DNA of 64,000 nucleotides from Giardia intestinalis (Eukaryota): NCBI GenBank assembly GCA_000002435.2, contig CM018792.1; one strand, 5' to 3'. Shown piece by piece: positions 56,272 to 64,000 of this stretch (position 1 is its first letter; each line of letters starts with the position of its first letter). The notes under the pieces were generated by a model. It saw only the letters and a program-made list of their open reading frames with translations, ran no database searches and was not told where the DNA came from. The position numbers and the translations under genes were made by a program.

Positions 56272-58779
56272 ATGAACTGGGCAGAATTTTCAAAAACCGC
56301 GGAAACCATAGCTGCGCTTACTCCTTTTACCCTGGCGCCACAACAGAGGGCTGTGACCCCGGTGGCTCCTTACATGGAGCTAGCCATCCTGAGTGGAGAG
56401 AGCATAGATACCGCTGGCTCGGGCCTTTCTGATGTATCGTGTCCTCCACTGTCAACTGTAGAGGCCCCAATCTGGGGGTCTTTAGCACTTTCCACATATA
56501 GTGATCGTGAGCCAGACCCTGCTCTTCGGGCTGCATTTCAAGCTTGGCGTGCCCAGGCAAAGATGAGGAGATTGATCCTAAAACCGTATAGACGCATTGT
56601 CCGGCGATGGCACCGTCTAACAGAAGAGTCTAAGCGAGGAGAAGTCGCTTGGTCATTTTATCGACAAGCACTTTTGCAGAAGGCCTTCAATTCTCTTTTG
56701 TATCGAGTTACCACTTGCACCCATCTCACCGCACGACTGGGGTTTAAAACTCTGAGGGATATTGCTACCATAAGGAAACACGAACGCGATGTGGCTGACG
56801 AATACTACTGTGCCCGTCTTTGTGCCAAGACTTTACGCGGCCTTTTTCAATCAATTACAAAGCGCTGCCGGATCTTTCTCCAAATCCAGAGGGCTCGCGA
56901 ACTGCGTCTTCTCTCTCATACGTTTAGGCACATGCGAGTCGAGGCGTCTCTCATTGCATTAGCATTTCGCATTTATCGACGCATAACACTACATAAAGTT
57001 GTTTCCATTTGGCGACGTATGCTGCGTATTCATGTGGTAGAACAGCGCGTTAACCAGGTGATCTTACGTCACTGCTTCATTAGGTGGCGGCACCGATACA
57101 GACGCAGTCTTGCGCTCTTGCGTGATATGTATGTCCGCCAGGGGTATGACGAAGATCTGGCGCTTACTCTGGCGATTGCTTCAGAGAACGTCTGCCTCTT
57201 GCTCCGCGCTTTCTATAGTTGGCTGAAAAGAACAAGACATAAGTTACATCAGAAAATGTTGCAATCCGTCATTAATGCATTTCAGCGACAGCATCTTTTG
57301 CGGTCTGCCCTATGCAGTATAACGGAGCGTTACAAAACGATACTGGCGAGACGCCAGGCTATTTCTTCGTGTCTGCAGTCTATTGATCGTCGAACTTTGA
57401 TCCTTACCCTCAGAAGATGGAAGGGCAACGCGCAAAGTGCTAAGATTGCCCGTATTTCTTCCAATATGGTCGCACGCGAGCATAACCTCCTAGTACAGGA
57501 ACAGGCTTTCTGTGCCTGGAGAGTTGCTTGGAATATGCATCGTACAGCAAGAGCAAGATATGGTCCACTTGCATCTTCTCTGAATAGGATTCTTGTGCGT
57601 TATATATTTCACGAGTTGCAACAGAAGTACGAGGAGAACCGCTGCCGATTGGAGCGGGCAACTGAATTCCACGAAATACTGGTGAAACAATCGCTACATA
57701 AAGTGTTTAGTGCCTGGTATGTACGTTTTCTAGAACAAGAAAACACCGTGCAATTTCTCAGCTCTATTGTACACACGCTGGCAGACAGAGCCTATGATGT
57801 CTGTCACACGCGGGTACTTCGTCCTGGGAAGTGGTTTCTCGATACTCCTTCTTATAGACTTCTACGGAAGGCTTGGGATGCTTCCTGGTGGAAGTACAAA
57901 AAGCGTTCTGCTTATAGAGCAGTTCTCTTGCAAGCAGACAAGGATTATAACAATAAAGCTCTTGTGCGCACATTCTCTACATGGAGAATTGAGACAAAAG
58001 TATCTATTCTTTTGGCAATCTGGTACCCCAGGATACTTAGTGGCACCTTCACAGCTTGGCGCCTGGCTGCAGAAGGAAGTCGAGCGATTGCCCTTATGGA
58101 GTCCCAAGCCAGAATGAAGCATGAATACTCTTTGATGCATTGGACTTTCTGCTACTGGAAGCACATACGCAAGGTCTTGTCCACAGAGCGCCAGCTAGAG
58201 CAGACAATCTACTATAGAAGAGCCACACACATCCTCATATTATCGTTTAGAAGCTGGCACGCTGCGTATCTTCAAGACGTATATCTTAGAGCCAAAGAGC
58301 AGGAAGTGGCAGCCTCATGGTCCCGAACATCCCTTGCTATTGCACTGCGCAGCATATGCGCGGCGTACCTTTCACGCTTACGCTTCAGGGCAAACAGGAG
58401 GAGAAACGTGTTCACTGAGACGCTCGAAGGAATAACCGCCAGCCTTTCTTCCATCTGCATCGGCCGTTTGCTACTGGACATCCGCACGGAGCACATGAGA
58501 ATGTTGGTCCATATCTCACCTTTAAGGGTCGGGCAAATAGTCAAGAGCCCAGTCGCTGCTGTGGTGTGTGATCAAGGGTCTTCCCTACGTAGCTCACCCG
58601 AGCGTTCGCACTGGGAAATATTACGGGGACATAGAGAGAAGTACAGGTCAACGTATGAAGAAGATAGCGTTGGGATCATCCCACACAAAGTCCAGGACTG
58701 CGGGGCTCGGCAGCTCATTGATATCCTTGACAACAAGATAGCAGCACTCGGTCATCGTCTGGCAGGATGTAGCCCATAG
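56272..58779 (+). CDS. Sfi1-like centrin-binding repeat protein (835 aa)
   Basis: At least 12 repeats spaced ~25-35 aa apart, each with an invariant Trp in an [FL]xxW[RK] context (FQAWRAQ, VSIWRRM, FIRWRHR, FYSWLKR, LRRWKGN, FCAWRVA, FSAWYVR, FSTWRIE, FTAWRLA, FCYWKHI, FRSWHAA). This is the Sfi1 signature. Confidence 0.45.
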   Translation: MNWAEFSKTAETIAALTPFTLAPQQRAVTPVAPYMELAILSGESIDTAGSGLSDVSCPPLSTVEAPIWGSLALSTYSDREPDPALRAAFQAWRAQAKMRRLILKPYRRIVRRWHRLTEESKRGEVAWSFYRQALLQKAFNSLLYRVTTCTHLTARLGFKTLRDIATIRKHERDVADEYYCARLCAKTLRGLFQSITKRCRIFLQIQRARELRLLSHTFRHMRVEASLIALAFRIYRRITLHKVVSIWRRMLRIHVVEQRVNQVILRHCFIRWRHRYRRSLALLRDMYVRQGYDEDLALTLAIASENVCLLLRAFYSWLKRTRHKLHQKMLQSVINAFQRQHLLRSALCSITERYKTILARRQAISSCLQSIDRRTLILTLRRWKGNAQSAKIARISSNMVAREHNLLVQEQAFCAWRVAWNMHRTARARYGPLASSLNRILVRYIFHELQQKYEENRCRLERATEFHEILVKQSLHKVFSAWYVRFLEQENTVQFLSSIVHTLADRAYDVCHTRVLRPGKWFLDTPSYRLLRKAWDASWWKYKKRSAYRAVLLQADKDYNNKALVRTFSTWRIETKVSILLAIWYPRILSGTFTAWRLAAEGSRAIALMESQARMKHEYSLMHWTFCYWKHIRKVLSTERQLEQTIYYRRATHILILSFRSWHAAYLQDVYLRAKEQEVAASWSRTSLAIALRSICAAYLSRLRFRANRRRNVFTETLEGITASLSSICIGRLLLDIRTEHMRMLVHISPLRVGQIVKSPVAAVVCDQGSSLRSSPERSHWEILRGHREKYRSTYEEDSVGIIPHKVQDCGARQLIDILDNKIAALGHRLAGCSP

Positions 58780-58783
58780 TTCG

Positions 58784-59269
58784 TCATCTTATCTCCTTGT
58801 ACGTCATATCCTTGATGTGTTCGAGGGCGAAGTTGAGAATCAGGTCGACGGGAGATTCGTCAAACAGCCCTCTACTGATCACGGTTGTGACTCCCCTGTT
58901 GCAGCACCTGGCGTACCCATCTGTGGATCGGATCATGGCTTCTTCCTGAGGACTGGCAACCAGTATGGTTGGCCCCGTCAGCAAGGATCTGTCAAGCAGG
59001 TCTGCCAACACGCTGCTCGTCCGGTCGTTGACTAGGAAGACGAATATCTGAGAAGCGGAGAGCTTTTGCTTCATGTACTCGCTGATGGGCTTGTCCGTAG
59101 CGGCCGCGAAGAAGTGGAACCTGTATGCATTCACATCCCTGATGACCGTGTGGAACGAGTAGCCCAGATGCTCCGACTCCCCCGCTACAGAACCAGGGAA
59201 GGCCGTCTCTAGCTGGGCCGAATCACCGAAAAGGGAGACTTTCACGTCTGCAATAACAGGGCGGCTCAT
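58784..59269 (-). CDS. hypothetical protein (161 aa)
   Basis: Compact ORF 4 bp from the preceding gene's stop. No recognisable motif. Confidence 0.4.
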   Translation of the reverse strand: MSRPVIADVKVSLFGDSAQLETAFPGSVAGESEHLGYSFHTVIRDVNAYRFHFFAAATDKPISEYMKQKLSASQIFVFLVNDRTSSVLADLLDRSLLTGPTILVASPQEEAMIRSTDGYARCCNRGVTTVISRGLFDESPVDLILNFALEHIKDMTYKEIR

Positions 59270-59332
59270 AGAGCTTTTTAATTAGGTTGACTCGCCCGCA
59301 TCGGCTCGCAACCATCAGCCCTGTGAATACAT

Positions 59333-62300
59333 TTACTTTCTAAAGTCCCAGCAGTCCCCGTTGTTTGAAAGCTGGCCGCTCTTAGTGAAGATACTGGTGG
59401 TGCTATCCACGGGGTCGTAGACACGGCTCACAGACATCTCCGTCGCCGTGCAATCTGATATCATGGGGAAGAGCTCGCTATCGGTCAATGACACCACACT
59501 CATGCTAACCTCGATCATCGTCTCCTTGTAGTCCTTCGAGCGCATGAACTCCATACTATAGAGGTACCTGAACGTGACGTTCTGGCATATTCCACCGAAG
59601 AAGAGCCCGGCCCAGATGAGGTACTGGCAGAAGAAGATGGCTCCGAACGTCTCCAAGAGCCCCGTCCCCAGCGTCAGGCTCCTAATGCTCTCGGGGACCA
59701 CCTCTAATACGTAGGGAGTCGCCAAGCCCTTGGGCCCTGCCAGGATGTCCAGGAGCCTATTGAGCTGGACGTCGAGCGGCTCTATCACGTGCTTGTTGAC
59801 GGTACTTCCAAGCTCCATCAAAAGCGTGTCGTACATATGCTGAGAAAACCGCGGGTACAATCCTCCGGACAGGTTCTTCGAAACCATGTTTGCTTCGATG
59901 ATATCTAAGAGGATGGACAAAGGGGAGACTACAGCGTTGAGCAGCTCTGTGTATGCATCTATGAAGCTGACCTCATCGGTTGAAAAGCTACTCCAATCTT
60001 TAAACACATCCACAAACCGCTCATAGACCCTTGTTGTGTCTAGCACCACATCTAGTGCCCCGCTGGAGCCATCGTTCGGATTGCTCGCAGCATTCCAGCC
60101 AATCGTCTGGAAGCCCTTTTCCTGAAGCGCATACACGAGGTCTCGCACGGCTGCGTATGTGTTGGAGACGCAAATGGAGGTCTGTTCTACGGTGTCACCT
60201 GGGCGGATCTTCGTGCACAGGTTTCCAACGAGGTCTGGGTATGGAGACCCGTGGACGATGGAGGACAGGCTAGTGGAGATGCTTGGACACGAAGTCTTGA
60301 GGTTGGTTAGTTCGGCTCTTATCTTCTGCATTGTGCTCTTAATACTGCCCTGTGAACACAGATTCTTATCGACGGGGTTATCGGCAAGGAAGGTCACCGA
60401 GGGGCACTTTGTCATAGCGACCAAAGTATCCAGAAAGTGAATCATGGAAAGGCACTCTGCGACTATCCCCTTCTGGCCCCTAACGGCTTTGGCACTGGCT
60501 TCGAGGGACAGGGCGCTATAGTTCGCGCTGGAGGAAATGCCTCTGATATAGGCCTCAACCTGCGCTGTGACATTCATGGCAGCCAGAGCAGATGCATCAA
60601 CATCTCCGTACAAAGCTGTGCGCTTTTCTGTACTGGAGTATGTGTCGTTATATAGCTTGTGCCCTGCAGAGAAGTCCCCGAACAGGACGGCGTTCGAGAG
60701 CTCGCCACTGAGGAACGCGTTCCTAATCCCGCTAAGAAACGGATCAATGTCCGGAACAATGAAGGTCTCGAGGTACTGTGAGAGGCTGGAGCGGGGGTTG
60801 ATAGCTTCGGGTAGCACCGCGGGCAGCAGTCCTTGGAGCCCGCCCAAAAGATCCGGCAAGCCGAGGATATCGAGGATCCCTCCACCCTTCTTGTTGTAAT
60901 AGAGGAGGTCTTTGATGGACATGCGAGTTGTATCCACCCTCGTGGAAAGGCTCAGAGAGGCCATGCTGTCGTCAGGTTCGGCAGGAATCCCAAACATGCT
61001 CGGCAGGTTTCCGACGGCAACGGTAGCTGTCACGTTGGCGAGGCTCTTACGGAGAGCATCGTATGTGGTGTAATCCAGCACGGCGGACGACGGGGCTGTG
61101 TAGGCTAGGTCGGGGTGCCCCGTGTGCCGGAGCACAAAGGATCCCAGGTCCAGCTGGACCGGCGCAGGGTCTCCTATGACTCCGTTGTCTTTGAGGAGTT
61201 GGAGGACGGTGTCGTAGTTGTTGCGCAGAAGCTTGTCTGGGTTGGTGAGGAGCCCCGAATAGTACTCCAGAGCGAACTTCTGCAGAACCACCGCGACGAT
61301 CCCGAACAGCATCAGGAAAAGCGACACCCAGCAAACAACGCACCCGTTGCAGCACAAAGAGCAGCCAGCGCACCTCGTCTTGAAGCGCGCAGCGCCCACG
61401 ATCCCGCAAATGAACGTCCCGATTGGGACGAGGAGAAGAGCCAGGGCGAGCAAGAAAGGGGCCATCGATATCAGAACGTAATTGCGGCCAGCAGGCGGAA
61501 TCGTTGCCGGATCAAACCCAGAGAGCTTGCAATTCTTCAACGAGTCCAACGCACCGCCTTCTACAGGCAGGTCTGTTATGTAACCGGGGCAGGCCCCGTT
61601 GTTTATGAAGGCGTCGAACAGAGCACGCGCAGTCATCTGCTCCTTGTGGTCGTGGAGTTGCAGCACGTAGTTGATGTACTTGGAGAAGCTGGAGACCTGT
61701 GTCAGGGCATCGGTTGCGAGCTTAGGCAGGTTCAGCTGGTCGCTGATAGATCTGGCGAGCTCTTCGTCTGTTGGTCCTCCCTCGGCCCGCGTGGCAGACG
61801 CACACCACGATAGCTTGCCCTTAAGTGCCGGCTTGCCACACGCCCTCCGGACTATGTCCCCCACGGTTTGCGTCTTCGTGCTGAGTACTTCAAGCAAGTC
61901 AACGAGTAGTTGTGTGTCATCCTTACTCTGCTGTTTGCCAGACGCCTTCGGCCTTAACGAGTCTATAACGAACTTTATCACTATTTCGGGGTTGTTGTTG
62001 ACCGGGACATTCAGATCTGCTCTGTCAATAGGTGAATCGGAGGCAGCAGCAACACTGGACTTTGTTGTGCAATAATTATTTCCTGAGTTATCCTTAAAGA
62101 CCTGCTTGCACACCTTTTCAATGATAGTTTGCCAATTTCCTTGACCTGGTGGTTGCTGCTTATCTAGCGACTTCGCTATCCCGTTGGTGATAGAATTGGC
62201 CGCAAAGACAGCCCCGCCAATAAGAGACTTCTTGTTGATGTTCTTGTAGCTGGCCTCGGAGATTGCCGTGTCATCGGGTGGAGACGGAGGTTGCGTTGAT

Positions 62301-63109
62301 CGTATAGAGAAGTTGCCATAATTTTGCTTGCCTTCTAAACTCTTCTTTACTGATTCTTGCGTCTTTGTGTTCAACAATAAATCTAAGTTTTTCTGTATGT
62401 TATCTGAGAAATCTGTGATAGCACTCAACGAGGGTAGGGACGCAGGCGGCAGAAGGATGGTGCTGACCCCCTCTGCCAGCGAGGAATTCTGCGACAAGAC
62501 ATCAGAGACCACCCTCAGCGTGCAGCTCTTGGAAATCGCGCTTATGTACTCGCTGACCTCGTCTGCTGTTTTATTCAAGATATTGGAGATTGGGGAAATG
62601 GAACTATTATCTGAGCTCGAGATGAGCGCGTTTATAAGACTGTCTGAGGTGCTAATGGTGTCCGAAGCCAGATCGTAGACGCGATCGGTCGTTCGAGCCA
62701 CGACCCGGAACATGTTGTCCATGCCAATGAAGGGCTGGGAGACGGCGACGAACATCCCGATGCATCCGCAGAGGCCGATGACGTTGGCAGCGAGGCCCGT
62801 GTAGAAGCAGCAGCAGCGGTACTTGCTGGATGTCTGCTCCATCTCCAGCTTCCGGTGGCAGCATCTGCGACAGCACTGGCTACACCGGCAGGGGGCTATG
62901 CAGACGAGCGCAATGTTGAAGCAGAGCCCGAGGACAAAGGGAAGAACAAGCAGGACGCCCATGGCAACCAGGAGCGGAAGATACGGCTTGAGGGCAGCCA
63001 TGACATCCACTCCCCCGCCCTGGTGCATGAACAGGTTGGCCGTATCTATGATTGTTTCCGGCGGCACCCTCGGGAAGAACGCCGTACTAAAGGCCGTGAC
63101 CCCCATCAA
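59333..63109 (-). CDS. large pentaspan-like membrane glycoprotein (1258 aa) with Cys-rich juxtamembrane loops; prominin-like topology
   Basis: TM1 is followed by CRCSQCCRRCCHRK, then TM2 and a ~350-aa loop. TM3 is followed by CAGCSLCCNGCVVC, then TM4, a ~540-aa loop, TM5 and a ~70-aa tail. Confidence 0.5.
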   Translation of the reverse strand: MMGVTAFSTAFFPRVPPETIIDTANLFMHQGGGVDVMAALKPYLPLLVAMGVLLVLPFVLGLCFNIALVCIAPCRCSQCCRRCCHRKLEMEQTSSKYRCCCFYTGLAANVIGLCGCIGMFVAVSQPFIGMDNMFRVVARTTDRVYDLASDTISTSDSLINALISSSDNSSISPISNILNKTADEVSEYISAISKSCTLRVVSDVLSQNSSLAEGVSTILLPPASLPSLSAITDFSDNIQKNLDLLLNTKTQESVKKSLEGKQNYGNFSIRSTQPPSPPDDTAISEASYKNINKKSLIGGAVFAANSITNGIAKSLDKQQPPGQGNWQTIIEKVCKQVFKDNSGNNYCTTKSSVAAASDSPIDRADLNVPVNNNPEIVIKFVIDSLRPKASGKQQSKDDTQLLVDLLEVLSTKTQTVGDIVRRACGKPALKGKLSWCASATRAEGGPTDEELARSISDQLNLPKLATDALTQVSSFSKYINYVLQLHDHKEQMTARALFDAFINNGACPGYITDLPVEGGALDSLKNCKLSGFDPATIPPAGRNYVLISMAPFLLALALLLVPIGTFICGIVGAARFKTRCAGCSLCCNGCVVCWVSLFLMLFGIVAVVLQKFALEYYSGLLTNPDKLLRNNYDTVLQLLKDNGVIGDPAPVQLDLGSFVLRHTGHPDLAYTAPSSAVLDYTTYDALRKSLANVTATVAVGNLPSMFGIPAEPDDSMASLSLSTRVDTTRMSIKDLLYYNKKGGGILDILGLPDLLGGLQGLLPAVLPEAINPRSSLSQYLETFIVPDIDPFLSGIRNAFLSGELSNAVLFGDFSAGHKLYNDTYSSTEKRTALYGDVDASALAAMNVTAQVEAYIRGISSSANYSALSLEASAKAVRGQKGIVAECLSMIHFLDTLVAMTKCPSVTFLADNPVDKNLCSQGSIKSTMQKIRAELTNLKTSCPSISTSLSSIVHGSPYPDLVGNLCTKIRPGDTVEQTSICVSNTYAAVRDLVYALQEKGFQTIGWNAASNPNDGSSGALDVVLDTTRVYERFVDVFKDWSSFSTDEVSFIDAYTELLNAVVSPLSILLDIIEANMVSKNLSGGLYPRFSQHMYDTLLMELGSTVNKHVIEPLDVQLNRLLDILAGPKGLATPYVLEVVPESIRSLTLGTGLLETFGAIFFCQYLIWAGLFFGGICQNVTFRYLYSMEFMRSKDYKETMIEVSMSVVSLTDSELFPMISDCTATEMSVSRVYDPVDSTTSIFTKSGQLSNNGDCWDFRK

Positions 63110-63376
63110 TTATTATTTGTACTAATTGTCATGCATCATAAGTACGTTTTTCAGAACAGTGCGCCATTCTCCTCCTGGCACACTAGGTACCCTCTGCCGC
63201 CTTTTGCCGCCTCAACGCGGATTGCCTGTCTCAATAATTTGTAGACACTTGTCCGACAATTCGCCGTCTTACCTCTTCTCTTACCGGGGCCAGGGGTCGA
63301 CGAGGTTCCTAAAGTTATACACAAAATCTCGAATTCGTCGATTTCAGATTTAGATTTAAAGCTGCTGAAAATAAAT

Positions 63377-64000
63377 TCACTCGTCGGAGGCTGTCTCGCA
63401 CTGCTTCTTGTAGTCCAGGGTCCACTTGATGTAGATGATCATGGACACCAGGCCAGAGACGGCGTCCCCGACCGCGGGCGAGATGAAGATGCCGTGCACG
63501 GGGTCGACCTGGCTCTTGGTCGCCTTGACGATGAGCGGCAGGACGAAGATGCACACGATGGTGACGGCTGCTCGCGTAAGCTGCAGTATCGTGCTGAGGA
63601 CGGTCTTCCGCTTCATCTGCGACACAGAGACGGTGATGCTCACGAACAGCTGGAGAGGAAGCCCGGCCAGCCCGAGCCGCACGGCCAAGGCGGAAATGGC
63701 CCGCTCCGTCTCTCCGTCGCCCGCAAAGAGATACATAAGAGGGTAGGCCAGGCCCTCGCAGAGCCCCCAGACGGCCAGGGTCATGACCACGCCGATCAGG
63801 CTAGTGTAAACGAGGACAAGGTAGACTCGGTCCAGTTTCTTGGCCCCCAGGTTATAACCGAGGATGGGTGTCAGGGCCTGGACAAGACCTATAATGGGCA
63901 TAGAAACTAGGGTGGTTACCCTTGTCACTATCCCTACAGCGCTGCGATTGATTTCTTGGTTGGCCTGGGAAATAATTGTAGTATAGTAAGCTGCCAAGAG
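63377..64000 (-). CDS. MATE-family efflux transporter, C-terminal half only (the gene continues beyond the window end)
   Basis: Successive TM helices with MATE-like loops (…LVQALTPILGYNLGAKKLDRV…). An AGTGAAT poly(A) signal lies just 3' of the stop on the minus strand (~63352-63358). Confidence 0.5.
   Translation of the reverse strand, partial: LLAAYYTTIISQANQEINRSAVGIVTRVTTLVSMPIIGLVQALTPILGYNLGAKKLDRVYLVLVYTSLIGVVMTLAVWGLCEGLAYPLMYLFAGDGETERAISALAVRLGLAGLPLQLFVSITVSVSQMKRKTVLSTILQLTRAAVTIVCIFVLPLIVKATKSQVDPVHGIFISPAVGDAVSGLVSMIIYIKWTLDYKKQCETASDE

Noticed and set aside
1-64000. tRNA, rRNA, CRISPR arrays and prokaryotic operon features
   Set aside because: No cloverleaf-compatible ~72-nt segments, rDNA-like conserved blocks or direct-repeat/spacer arrays were found on reading the intergenic regions. 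The sequence is a eukaryotic protein-coding region.

Overview
This is a eukaryotic nuclear window and carries several hallmarks of Giardia intestinalis (lamblia). A variant-specific surface protein (VSP) gene ends in the invariant ...CRGKA tail, followed by an AGTGAAT polyadenylation signal. The beta-giardin gene is present and contains the classical G7 and G759 genotyping primer sites verbatim. Genes are densely packed with short AT-rich initiator regions, and several have ankyrin-repeat N-termini fused to long coiled coils. The sequence also encodes DNA polymerase epsilon (catalytic subunit, 2590 aa), Sec31, a GPN-loop GTPase, LST8, an RCHY1/Pirh2-like CHY-RING E3 ligase, a probable Sfi1-like repeat protein and a MATE transporter fragment.

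The dominant structural feature is a pair of near-identical inverted repeat arms of about 8.3 kb (left ~12342-20644, right ~37493-45826). The ORF translations show at least 4 SNPs and one 31-bp indel between the arms. They flank a 16.8-kb spacer carrying the GPN GTPase, two giant convergent ankyrin/coiled-coil genes and Sec31. Each arm carries the same six genes: a CHY-RING E3 ligase, LST8, a multipass membrane protein, a rhomboid/derlin-like protein, a hypothetical protein and an ankyrin/coiled-coil protein. Each arm also carries part of a small galactose-binding-like gene.

The arms are strongly GC-rich islands, while the flanks and spacer are AT-richer. Junction anatomy suggests the right copy is ancestral and the left copy is a derived inverted duplicate.

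Other notable items are a VSP whose signal-peptide exon is out of frame with its body and lacks an ATG, palindromic shared polyadenylation signals between convergent genes, and several compact bidirectional promoters.

No prokaryotic, CRISPR or transposon features were found.
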